The notes under the pieces are model-generated. The model ran no database searches. It was not told where the DNA came from and saw only the letters and a program-made list of their open reading frames with translations. From Octopus vulgaris (taxonomy: Eukaryota), in the NCBI GenBank assembly GCA_951406725.2, contig OX597835.1, positions 33,046,001 to 33,110,000 on the forward strand: a DNA stretch of 64,000 bases. Direction: 5' to 3'. The position numbers were made by a program, and so were the translations under genes. Positions 1 to 12,329 of this stretch are shown piece by piece; within the stretch, counting starts at the first letter, position 1, and every line of letters begins with the position of its first letter.

Positions 1-749
1 TACATACATACATACATATATACATACAAAAATACCCTCTTGTTGATGTTAAAATTCCAATGAAAGAGCCTTGGATGTATGTTAGAAACTGACTCTTTCG
101 CTAATGGCATGATATCTTGAAATAAAACTGAATAATGACATACATATATACCTACATACATAATACATACATACATATATACATAATGCATACATACATA
201 CATACATACATACATACATACATACATCATACATACATACATACATCATACATACATACATGCATACGTACGTACGTACGTACGTACATAGATACATGTA
301 TGCATCTATTTATATGCACAGACATAAATAGAAACAGGTATTTCATATTTGGCCTGAACCTAATTCATTGAACCTCATCTGATATATGTCTCTTAAAGAA
401 TTGCTAAAAATATTCGTAGCACACGCTCCGGATGCAGCTATAACAGCGCTTATTGATGTACATATATTTGATGCACTTCGCAGTGGCAGATTTCATACAA
501 ATGTAATAGATTAGAATTATTTTGAAGTTTCACCGAATTCCAAGAACTTATCGCTTTTGTATGGTGAACGTATACAATAATTTGAATCTATTCAAATCAC
601 ACATTTTATAAATCAGTTGACACAGTCACTGATTGCTTCTAATGAGTCAGTCACTTCTCAGAGACGTGACGTGTCCTAGTAGGATAAATGTACTATATTT
701 TTACTTCTTATGTTTTAAAATTAACGTCATGAACTTTTTCCGAAAGTAT

Positions 750-891
750 AGGCGCAGTGTTAGCTGTTTGGTAAGAAGATAGCTGGGTAAACGACAAAAC
801 TGGCATCCTCGGCTCTTATCTACTGCTACAGCCCACGGGCCGACTATAGCATTTTGAGTGGATCTGGTGGACGGAAACTGAAAGAAGCTCG

Positions 892-895
<4 letters not shown>
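750..895 (+). mobile_element. Degenerate 5' part of SINE family C, running into (TA)n
   Basis: aggcgcag... head and gagtggatctggtggacggaaactgaaagaagc match the intact copy at 59034-59445. Confidence 0.7.
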
Positions 896-933
<38 letters not shown>

Positions 934-1084
934 TAAATTAGAGATAACACCACTATTAGGTAACTCAAACAGTGATAGACATAATCATAAGTTTGGATAT
1001 ACTCCCTAATGTTATTATTATTATTTTTATTATTATATATATATATGTGTGTGTGTGTGTTTGTGTGTATATATATGTATATAT

Positions 1085-1205
<121 letters not shown>

Positions 1206-1414
1206 TATGTATATGTACACTTAGTTATAAATTGAATAGTGTTCACTTCCGGATTCTCTCACTCTGTGAAAGTTTCTAGTTCGAATCACACGTGTCTTGA
1301 GATGTACCGAAGATTTTCTATTTTGGATATATTAGGGGTACTTAAGTCTGCTCAAGACTTAGTACTTGCTTTTTCCATGGGTATGAGTAAGTATTTCACT
1401 TATATCTCACGTAT

Positions 1415-1475
1415 TTATCGCTGAAGAGGGGAAAATTCTTATGAATTAACCCCGAAATTGGGACCAATTCGGTAA
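1415..1475 (+). ncRNA. Minimal type I hammerhead ribozyme motif
   Basis: ttatcg-CTGAAGA-gggg...cccc-GAAA-ttgg ga ccaa-TT-cggtaa; stems I, II and III pair around the canonical core. Confidence 0.65.
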
Positions 1476-2044
1476 TGACAGATTTTTTAGAAATTTCTAT
1501 CGGTTTGTTTCGAGACTCATAAATTATAATGTTTATTGACAATTTCTGTCTTTTTTTCGGCATATTTGGCATTAGAATTTTTCTTTTACCCTTATCTTGT
1601 AAATTATTTATATATATATATATATATATAACCACGTATATATATATATATATAGACACACACATGCACGCACGCACATGCACACACATACGCGAGCACA
1701 CACACATATATATAAGAGAATGCTGAAATGAATACCAGGTTTTTAAAAGAAGCTTGGGATCGAACCCTTAACCAAACTCCTTGTAGGCGTATGCTAGCAT
1801 AATTGCAGTCCGATGCCCGACACAAGAAAAAATTAATACATACGTTATTAACCACACCGCATATGTCGCGTTCGGTCGCTGAACAAGACTCGTACATTTA
1901 TCTTATTTTTATTGTTTTCTATTTATATGGCACAATCACTTAGCCGACAGAGATACGATTACTGTAGTTATTGTTGACAGAGACTCAGACATATAAACAT
2001 ATTCTTTGTTTTTGATCTGTAGTAGTAGTAGTAGTAGTAGTAGT

Positions 2045-2076
<32 letters not shown>

Positions 2077-2219
2077 TAGTAGTGGTGGCAGTATGTTGAA
2101 ATATGAATGGAAGCCAAAATTTAAGAGGAAAACATTTGTAAGTCAAGTTTCAGTGTCTTAAGAGACCCTTAATCAAAATAACGTGCTCCTGCGTATGCTT
2201 GTATATGTTTTGAGCGCTC

Positions 2220-2271
<52 letters not shown>

Positions 2272-2664
2272 AGGCACACATACATGGAGATTCATACAGT
2301 GACTCACACACAAGCGCGCGCGCAGAGTTAAATATTCTTATCTATACATGCAGAAATATACTCATCTATATAATTTTATATGCATGTTTGTGTATATGTA
2401 TATAAGTATGTGTGCTTGTGTGTGTGTGTGTGCGAGTTAGCGCGCGTGTGTATGTGAGTGTATGTGTGCGTATGTGTGAGTATATGTGCGTGTATGTGAG
2501 TGTATGTGTGCGCATGTGTGAGTATATGCGCGTGTATGTGTGTATGTGTGTGCGTCTGTGTATGTTCTTTGACTCCGTGTAGTCGTTTGAACAAGAATGT
2601 TTCTGATTACAATTTCATTTGAACGACCAATGCTGAACTTCTAGCAGCATACCAAACTTAACGC

Positions 2665-2842
2665 CCCTATAGATACTGCAATATTGCAATACTAGGCCAA
2701 TCCCGTGGCAAAGGCGGAGCAAACCCTTAACTCTTCGCCTCATTTTAAAAATCAGTTTAATATCGATCGCCCCAAATATAGACGATATCAGCTATTAAGA
2801 TGATAAGAACGGATACTACACTTTGATCTTAGCCAAAAAGGG
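2665..2842 (-). pseudogene. U2: U2 snRNA pseudogene lacking the first ~10 nt
   Basis: Minus strand reads cctttttggctaagatcaaagtGTAGTAtccgttcttatca...ttaaactgatttttaa...tttgctcc...ttggcctagtattgca; matches the metazoan U2 5' domain, branch-pairing sequence, Sm region and stem-loops III/IV. Confidence 0.9.
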
Positions 2843-2844
2843 GG

Positions 2845-3072
2845 CATCCTTCTCGTGTCATACAGTCTTATATGACCGGTTTTCCGGTTTCCGTGGCGGA
2901 TATATATCTCATCTGGACAGGATAACTGACTTTTGTCAGCTGAGTGGACTGGGGCAAAGTGGAATGAAGTGTTTTACTGAAGAATAGAACACAGTGTCCG
3001 TTCCGCGAATTAGAACCACAATCTTGCGATCATGAGTTTAATACACCAACCACTAAGCGTTGCCCCTCCACG
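2845..3072 (-). mobile_element. Decayed tRNA-derived SINE (family D head, CORE-like body)
   Basis: cagctgagtggactgg and accactaagc motifs shared with 39315-39635. Confidence 0.7.
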
Positions 3073-3150
3073 AATCCTTATATACAATACTTAATATCAT
3101 CGCTACATTTAAGATAGAGTGTTCCTTCCTGAGTGCGTATGCATCACAAG

Positions 3151-3195
<45 letters not shown>

Positions 3196-4270
3196 AGCAC
3201 ATTAAAAAATATAAGCAAACACACACGCGAATATACGTACGCACACGTGCGCAAGCACTTATATATAGACCTATATATACACAAACATACATATATACAC
3301 ATATGTGTATTTACGCATATATGAGAGGGAATGTGAAATTATTCATCGTTTAAGATGGAAGCCATAAGAACATTCTTCAATTGCTTCAATTTACATTTTT
3401 CAAGTTCTTTTTATATTTCTTCATCCCACTTATAATGAGAATATTCAAATAAATACTTTAGCTTCACGATTTCGAAGTATCTCTTTTATTTTAATATATT
3501 CCCTCGTTTTACTGTTTGACCTATTTTCCCCCCGATTTTCTAAGTAGAATTTTCAATATGTAGGATAAAATAAACTACCACTAATGATTTAGCGACTTTT
3601 CAAGTAGTTACTTTCAGTTTTGAATTGATTTGTAAAAGCTACTTGTTTGGTTCAAGTATGTTTGTGAAAAACTAAAAGGACTCTGAACGGTTTTAAGCGA
3701 TGTGCCTGTATAAACCACTGCAGAACTGCAGTATAAACCCCGTGTTCTGTTTTTAATGACGATCAATAATGTTGAAATCGCCATAATAACCTATTGATTT
3801 ATAAGGGTTGTTTTTATTCGTAGTGTTTTCATTATTGATGTTATTTCATTTTTTTAAGGTGTTAGTATTGTTGCCATTGGTTGTGACGATATTAATGGTG
3901 GTGATGATGGTGTTTGAAAGGGGAGATTTAGAAAATATCATCTCTAAATAATTATGTAGCAATTTTGGACACAATAATAATTTCCTGCTTCCAACAATGG
4001 AGTGCTAAAGGACGAACAAAACTAATTCATTTTTCACTAAGATGCACCACGATGCGATTAAAGACGAGAATCGCTGCGAAGATTCTTAGACACAGCAACA
4101 GAGAGGAGAATTTGTCAAAATTATGAAATGAAAAACGTAAACTATATAAACGTGCGCGTGAAAACACGAGAAAAATAAGAAAAATGCCAGTAAATCCACT
4201 GTATTGGATGAATCCAATCAGTAAACACAACAGGAAGTATTAAATGACTAGTTTCTAGTAATAGAAATAT

Positions 4271-4525
4271 GTGAGACTCGCAGCTTAGTGGTTAGCGTGT
4301 CAGCATCATGATCGTAAGATTGTGCTTTCGATTCCTGGACCGGGTGACGCGTTGTGTTCTTGAACAAATCACTTCATTTCACGTTACTCCAGTCCACTCT
4401 GCTGGCAAAAATGAGTAACGCCACGATGAACAGGCGTCTCGTCCAGCTGGGGAACACATACGCCATTGAAACCGGGAAACATGGCCCATGAGCGTGGCTA
4501 GGCTTTGAAAAGGGCGCATTTATTT
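4271..4525 (+). mobile_element. tRNA-derived SINE, family D
   Basis: A box gcttagtgg, B box ttcgattcc, body ctccagtccactc..ctggcaaaaatgagt, tail ending aaaagggcgca. Confidence 0.85.
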
Positions 4526-4828
4526 GTGGAGGCCCAGTGGCTCAGTGGTTAGGGCAGGGGACTCGCGGTTGGAGGATCGTGGTTTCGATTCCCAGACCAG
4601 GCGTGGTGTGTGGTTACTGAACGTAAACACCTAAAGCTACATGAGGCTCCAGCAGGTAGCGACCCCTGTTGTACTCTTTCGCCTCAACTTTCTCTCACTT
4701 TTTCTTCCTGTTTCTTGAGTAACGCTGCAATGGACTGACGTTCCGTCCAGCTAGGGGGAACGCATACGCCATAGAAACTGAGAAACCTGGCCCCTGAGCC
4801 TGGTTAGGTTTGAAAAGGGCGCACAAAT
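4526..4828 (+). mobile_element. tRNA-derived SINE, family A
   Basis: gtggaggc..tggctcagtggttagggcag..ggtttcgattccc head, acacctaaagct body, same tail as the adjacent SINE. Confidence 0.85.
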
Positions 4829-5519
4829 AATAAAAATAAAATAGAAATATGATCTCATCAAGGAACATCTTATCGCACCACACGTCTTATCATCAGGCTC
4901 GAGTTGCACATTTCGTTACCATGACAAGCAATTTATAAGATGATCAGCTCAGCTTGCTGAGGACTTTGATATTGCTATGGTGAACTTAGGGCTGGTACTT
5001 GATGGTCTCACTTGATTAGTCTTCTACGGCCGTTGCCGCATCCAGACATGATAATCAGGGGCAATGTGATAGAAAAACTTAAAATACTTACAAGATAACA
5101 GTAAACAACGACGAAGAATTTTTTTAAGAGTAACAAATTTCGAAAAATATAATCAATTTTTGGAAATTTATATAAATTTTAAAAATATTTAAAAACATTT
5201 TGTTCCATTGATATTCAAATTCAAATATGTTTTTTAAATCATTTTCATAAAAATAAGAAATATGTTTTCAAATAATAAATTTGGTAATGATAAATTTTTA
5301 ATACCTGATTCGATAAATCTATCAAATTTTAATGTATTTTTATATCCTTTTGAATAACTTTTAGTTACTTGTAATTTTGAATAATTAATTACTTCAAAAT
5401 AAATATGTTATAGTTTATATTTCACATATTTTAGTCATTAAACTGAGACCATGTTGGAGCTCTGGTTTGAAGAATTTAGTCGATTAGATCGACACCAGTC
5501 TGGTATATCCTATATACTT

Positions 5520-5752
5520 AAGGCGGCGAGCTGGCAGAAACGTTAGCGCACCGGTCGAAATGCTAAGCGGAATTTCCTCTGCTGCTACGTTCTGAATTCA
5601 AATTCCGCCGAGGTCGACTTTGCCTTTCATCCTTTCGGGGTCGATTAAATAAGTACCAGTTACGCACTGGGGTCGATATAATCGACTTAATCCGTGTGTC
5701 TATCCTTGTTCGTCCCCTCTGTGTTTAGCCCCTTGTGGGTAGTAAAGAAATA
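5520..5752 (+). mobile_element. SINE family B monomer inserted in a minus-strand family C SINE (~5445-5900)
   Basis: aaggcggcgagctggcag head, gttcaaattcc-like B box, gactttgcctttcatcctttcggggtcgat core (resembles the Meta/Nin-type SINE core), tail agccccttgtgggtagtaaagaaata. Confidence 0.9.
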
Positions 5753-6338
5753 GGTATATGTTCTATCGGTCACCTTTGCCGAAGTGTTTCTTTATGGGAA
5801 CGTAAACAAACCACCAACACTGGTTGGGTATCGCTGTGGTGGTGATGAACAGAAAGGAAACGTGCGCATGCACACACACACACAGACGCACACATGCACA
5901 CACATAAGATAAAAATATTTAAATTGTGTTAGAGTATGGTGCAGATAATTTAATTCGACCAGCACCTGTTTTTCAGGCATCGTTCAACCATTGTTGCTCT
6001 ATAGAATACACAAAGTGCTGTACAACGATAACCATAGCCAGGCTTCAAACGGTGATCTATTTCACTCTGATAGTGAACTTGGCCCTGCAACCCGTCACCG
6101 AGTCATTCGTCAAATTGTCGCAATTACTGTTTCTTCATGAAACGAGATAGAAACCTTCATGTCGTCCTACATTAAACAAGGAGAAGTGTGATATCAGAGG
6201 TATTTCGTTACTGAAACAAGCAAAGATGGTGTCAAATAACAGTTCTCGTTAGTTTCCTGGATATAAGATACACACAGCCACAACGCACAATGAAATACGT
6301 TCTGTAAAACTACACATAGCGTCTCAATGCATGTAACA

Positions 6339-6645
6339 GTGGAGGAACATGGCCTAGTGGTTAGAGCAGCGGACATGCTGTCGAGAGATCGCCAGTTCGA
6401 ACCTCAGACCGGGCGATGTGTGTGCTTATGAGCGAAAACACCTAAACTCCACACGGCTCCGGCAGAAGGTAATGGCGAACTTCTACTGACTCTTTCGCCA
6501 CAACCTTCTCTCACTCTTTCCTCCTGCATCTTGCAGCTCACCTGCGACGGACCGGCGTCCCGTCCAGGTGGGGAACCTATACACTAAAGAAACCAGGAAA
6601 CTGGCCCTTATGAGCCAGGCATGGCTCGAGAAGGAACAAACAAAA
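6339..6645 (+). mobile_element. SINE family A with (ACAA) tail
   Basis: tRNA head; ~12-bp TSD atgcatgtaaca / atgcatgcaaca; sister copy at 23816-24112. Confidence 0.85.
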
Positions 6646-6920
6646 GATGCATGCAACAAGCACAATAGAATTATACATTGTAACATATGTCATTTAAGTT
6701 CAGAATTAGATATTAATGTTTAATTTACACTTAGCAGAGAATAATGTCAGCTGTGTTATGAGAAACATATAAAGTTGGAGGCATCTTTTTCTTTAATTTA
6801 CAATTCGGTTCATACACTATTTCAATCTCACTGTTTCTCTCCCACATTACTCTATGTCTCTCTTACTCAGCCTCACTAAGAATCAAAGGCATTTGTGTCT
6901 GTAAGTAAGAGCGTTTACGT

Positions 6921-6953
<33 letters not shown>

Positions 6954-7072
6954 GTATGTATATATATATATATATGTATATATAGTATATATATATATAT
7001 AGTATTATAGTAAGTAGAATATATACATATACAAACACATATATACATATACAAACACATATATACATATAC

Positions 7073-7118
<46 letters not shown>

Positions 7119-7260
7119 TATATATGTATATATAGAATATAGTAAATAGTATATATACATATAAAAACACATATATACATATATATTATATATATATATA
7201 TAGTATATATATTATATAGTATATATATATATATTATGTAGTATATATATATATTATACA

Positions 7261-7340
<80 letters not shown>

Positions 7341-7852
7341 ATATATATACATATGAATATTATATACATATATGCAAATATACAAATATGTACATATATA
7401 CATTTATATATATGTACGTGTGTGCGTGTGTGCGTGTGTGTAAATAATTAAATGTAATGGAGATTTTTCAGACATCAATTTCCTAAAGTATATTACTTAT
7501 TTCACTGGAGTGAGTTTTGTTCTCGACACGCCGCGTGATCATCTTTCTTGTCAACAGGTATTACAAAGCGTATAAACGTAAAGTACATATGTCTATATAT
7601 CAATCATAAACACACACACACACACCAATACACACACAAACGCACACACACTAACAAGGACATACATATATATATACATACACATGTTTATATATACAGA
7701 AACATAGATATAGCAATGTATACATATATTCTTTATTATATTTGTATACTTGCGTACAAAAAATTGTATATATGTTTATGTGTGTATAGATGTAAATGTG
7801 TACCTGTGTGCTTGTGTATGTATGTGCATGCGTTTGTGTATGAGTGCACGTA

Positions 7853-7887
<35 letters not shown>

Positions 7888-8007
7888 ACTGCTTTCTCCT
7901 TTATTCTTCATTTATATTGTCTTCATAATTTCGACATAATTACTTGATTTCCGTAGCCAGGAAATCTTCATATTTCCTGAGGAAGAGAAATATGTGTGTG
8001 TATTTGA

Positions 8008-8056
<49 letters not shown>

Positions 8057-8228
8057 GGGGAGGGAGAGAGTTGAAGGAGAGATAGAGAAAATGAGAAAGT
8101 GGTTGCAGAAAGTGATTGAAAGAATATGAGAGGTTTGAAGATAATGTTTAAGAATATGAGTGAGTGTACTTTTGGTCGGAATATATATATATATATATAA
8201 CAAAGTGGAGTTGTAAGGAATTATATAC

Positions 8229-8304
8229 GAAAGAAGGTTTGAAAATACAATTTTAAAAGATGTTTATAAACATCTTTTAAAATTGTATTTTCAAACCTTC
8301 TTTC
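8229..8304. repeat. Perfect 76-bp spacerless palindrome
   Basis: gaaagaaggtttgaaaatacaattttaaaagatgttta followed directly by its exact reverse complement. Confidence 0.95.
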
Positions 8305-8359
<55 letters not shown>

Positions 8360-8516
8360 ATACTTGCCATCTCTATATGGTTAACCACTAAGGGTGGGTG
8401 TTACTGTAGCTTGTAGCCGCAGGAAAACATCGTCTCCAGCTGGCTTTAGGCACACTTTCTGTGCCCTTATGGTTTTGCAAAGGGAGGTCACCTTTCCCTC
8501 GTCAACCTAAGTGATA

Positions 8517-8561
8517 CGCACGGACTGCAGTTTCTAGGTTTTGACCTTTCATCAGCGTACG
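8517..8561 (-). ncRNA. Minimal type I hammerhead ribozyme (Penelope/retrozyme type)
   Basis: Minus strand cgtacg-CTGATGA-a-aggt caaa acct-a-GAAA-c tgca g-TC-cgtgcg; GUC cleavage triplet, palindromic stem III actgcagt. Confidence 0.75.
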
Positions 8562-8933
8562 ACAATCACCGGTTTGCGATGAATTTATCTTTATTATGAT
8601 CAAGTGATCTAACATAGAATGGGTACCTTACAGGACAAAACAATTACAAAAATGCTATGCGAGTTCGGATGAAATTATAAAAATTACAAAAATTAAATTT
8701 TATGTAACTTGAACGAAAACTTGGCTTACTTTGCCTTCAAACGAAACCTTGGCTTACTTTTGCCTTTATCACGAGAACTTTTAGTGCGTATGTTTTCTTT
8801 TCATTTCTTTTTTTATTATTAATTCTTTATTTTAAACAGTTATGTACAGTGAAAGGTAATGGGAGGTACCAGTCTCAATTTTGAACCCGGCAGCCTATAA
8901 ATCCCAGCAGCTGATTTTTCCTTTCCTCGATGA

Positions 8934-11900
8934 TTAAGCTGGGTTACTCTCACCCACCTTTCTCATCACATCCTTCCAACGTTCCATATACTCTTTCTTT
9001 GGCAGGCTCCTCTTCTGCAACCCCATCTTGCTCTTCAGATGATATCCGAAGTATTTTAACAAACCGGGGCCAGAGATAAAGGACCCTTTCACTAGACCTT
9101 CCACTCTAGTTCTCCATACACACTCTTTCAATACTGCCACCGTACAGTAAAAACAAGCCTTACCTTCCTTTGAGAGTCCAGTTGGCGGTATCATCTTAAT
9201 CATAGATCCAGCCGACAGCTGTACTCGTCCCAGATGCGACAACACGTGTTCAACGTAACTTATCAAGCCTGACAGCTCCCGACATTGTACAAAAGCGTGT
9301 TGAACGGTTTCATCGTCCAACCCACATCTTGGACACGTCGGTGGCACTGACATTCCGTGTCTGGATAACTTCTCGCGAACAGGTAATGCATTCCTATAGC
9401 ACTGCCAGGTCAGGGATATTTAGTAATTATCCAAATACCCCGACCTGAAAGTCTTCTTAAACAGGTTGGAGAGTTGATCCTCATCGAACCCCAGAACCTT
9501 TCCTAGGACGTCGTCATTTTTCCTTCTACCAGCCCTTTACCGAGGTGGTATTCCCGCTGCCGGTTTTGCCCATCTTGTGGATCAGCCAGAGTGCCTGTCG
9601 GCACTCCTTCTGCCATGAAGTCAGGTTACGTCCTTTAATGAGACTGGGTGTAAATCCCTCCATAGAGGCCGGTCGCGGGAAGAATTCCTCTGCCAGCGAA
9701 CTCCACACCTTACCATCCTCCAGGTAACACCAGAGGTGTCTCAGCCTCAACGCATGCTTGCGCATCATTAGCCAAGGCATCCCCAGTCCACCCTTTAGCG
9801 GTTCCTGGCAACACACGGAGCGTCTCACAAGTGGCTTTCCTCCTTTCCACAAAAAGCGGAAAAGGAGTCGTTCCAACTTGTTTAACCACGAATCGGGGCA
9901 CGGCACGACGGTCAGGCGGTAGGTGACGACAGAGGCTATAAACATCTGTGCCACCTCCGCTCTCCCTTTCAAGGAAAGATGCCTTCCGGACCACTTCCGT
10001 GCTATGGCATCCACCTTGCTCGTTACCTCGCTCCAATTCTTCTCCGTCTGGGAGTCTGGACCAAACCAGACTCCGAGCAATTTAACAGGACCATCCGTCC
10101 AGTGTCCAACAACACTGGACGGTATCGGGTTGTTCCTCCAGGTGCCGAAGCGCAAACCGATGAACTTGTTCCTGTTAACTTTTGCCCCTGCCACCGCTTC
10201 GTATCTATGGAGAGCACCTGGTAACCGAGGTAGCTGGGTTCCGTTGGACACGATGAGGGTGACGTCATCCGCATAGGCAGAAACAGACTTACCGCATCCG
10301 ATCTCATTAGGGTTGCCTCCCAACTTCTCCAGCTTCCGCAGCAATGGCTCAAGAGCCAAAACATACAGGAGCGGGGACAAGGGGCACCCTTGACGAACTG
10401 AACGCTTGATCGAAAACGGCTTCGTTAGGTAACCGTTTATCTGGACTGTGGACTTGATGCCGCTATACATAGCTGAGATCCACCCGCAGAAGCTAGGGCC
10501 CAGCCCAGCCGCTTCGAGGACCGCCGCCAAGTACCGATGGTCTACCCTATCAAACGCTTTACTTTGGTCTAAATGGACCAATGCCCCTCCTTTGCCGTCT
10601 AATTTCCCGACCCTATCTATAGTGTAGCGGAGAAGGTGAAGATTATCCTGGATCGACCTGCCTGGGATTGCACATGTCTGTGCCTTCCCGACAAGTTTCT
10701 CCACGACAGCCGTCAACCTTTTTGCTAACACCTTGGCCAAAATCTTAAACTCTACATTAAGTAGAGTTATGGGCCTGTAATTACTAATACTGTCCCCCTT
10801 GCTCGGGTCTTTCTGGACCAGCGTCACAACTCCCCGACTCACAGAGCTGGGAATCCTCCCATTCTGTTGCCAGTTTGCATAGACGCTTGCCAGTATGTCC
10901 CCGAACAAGTCCGGCATACAACAATAAAATTCATAGGGCAGACCATCCAACCCCGGCGACTTTTCCCCGGCGCACTCGGCCATAACCCCTCTTACCTCTG
11001 CGGGAGAGATCGATCCTTCACAGCACTCCGCCTCACCTGCCAAGAGCCGAGGCCCACCAGCTAGGAAGTCCTTTAAGGTCTCCCCACGCTCGAGCGGACC
11101 ACCGCCCCCAAACAGCCGTGCGAAATGCTGGTGAAGGACCTTCTGCATCTCCTCCTGTCCATAGATCTTGCGGACCTGCTCGTCGGTTAAGAACATAATA
11201 CAGGACTTTTTGCCCTTCTGACTCTCCTCACGACAGGCCCATCCGGCAACGTTAATACCTTCTCGTTTTCCTGCACGTAACTTAGCTCTGACTCTACACT
11301 CCCTCGTGCTTGGCGTTGAGGTGACGGTACAATACCGCTCTCGCTGCCAACACTCCGGATGCACAGCCAGATTCCATAGCCTCGTCGAAGTTCTTAACTA
11401 ATTCGCCCTCTATTCTAGTCCTATCTAAACTTAGCTGCTTGCTAAATCTAATGGACTCCAAACGGATGGCTCTTTTGAGGGCGAGCCACCATCTATTATC
11501 AATGATGGTGCCACATAATGCCCTCTGTACTAATTCCTTAATCCGGGTACGGAAAGCTTCACAAGTCAAAATAGACTTGTTCATTTTCCAGTACCCGGGA
11601 CCTTGTCTATGGCATTTATCTACCTGTACCTCACACGTCACAAGTTTGTGATCCGTGTAAGGCACAACAGAGAATTGTGGACAGCTAACACTATTCCTAT
11701 CTCGTTCCTTAACAAATACTCTATCTATGTACGATCTGCGTGAGCCGTCATTATTACTCCACGTCCACTGTGGAAAGTTCGGCTCATCCAGTCGAAAACG
11801 GTCTACTAGATTAAAGCTCGCTAGTAGAGCCTTGAGGCCAGGATTCCCCTTCCTATCGCTCGAGCCTACACCATCCACCCGCGCATCGAGAATGGTGTTG

Positions 11901-12315
11901 AAATCCCCTACCAAAACTACCGTTTTGGACGTCACTAGAAAGTGCTCCAGTTCCCGAAAAAACCGGTCTGCCCACGTCCATTAGGAGCGTAGACAGCCAC
12001 CAACCTGAAGGACTGCTTACTCACGTGCGTCACATCTAGGACAACCAGCCTACCTTCTGGGTCCAGAAAGACAGTACTTACCTGTAAGTCCAAGTTCTTC
12101 CTGAAAAGAACTGCCACACCTGCACCTTCCTCTCGGCTAGGAGAAATAAATTTCTCGTAACCATTGAGAAGTGGTGAGAACGCTTGGGGTCCTTTCATCT
12201 TGGACTCGGTAACAATAGCTACATCGATTCTATGTGAAATGAGGTCGTCCCGAAAACAAGCCTGTTTCCATTTCGATCCCATTCCACGCACATTTATACA
12301 ACCTAACTTAATCAT
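8934..12315 (-). pseudogene. ORF2: APE endonuclease, reverse transcriptase and zf-RVT, broken by ~3 frameshifts and a stop
   Basis: INVRG, VYAPN, LVGDFN, IDRVF, TDHK (APE); KSPGLDG, NYRPITLLN, LDQSKAFDRV, RQGCPLSP, YADD (RT); CPRCG..ETVQHAFVQC; split over ORFs 11935-12315, 11294-11935, 9526-11364 and 8934-9353. Confidence 0.95.
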
Positions 12316-12329
12316 CGAGAAAAAGAAAA

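Noticed and set aside
5970-6150. Possible exon after ttttcag
   Set aside because: Short open frames with no recognisable motif or partner exons.
2665-8800. U2-targeting (Keno/Utopia-like) link between the U2 copy and the Tx1 LINE
   Set aside because: They are 6 kb apart, the LINE flanks show no U2 sequence, and the U2 copy is not interrupted.
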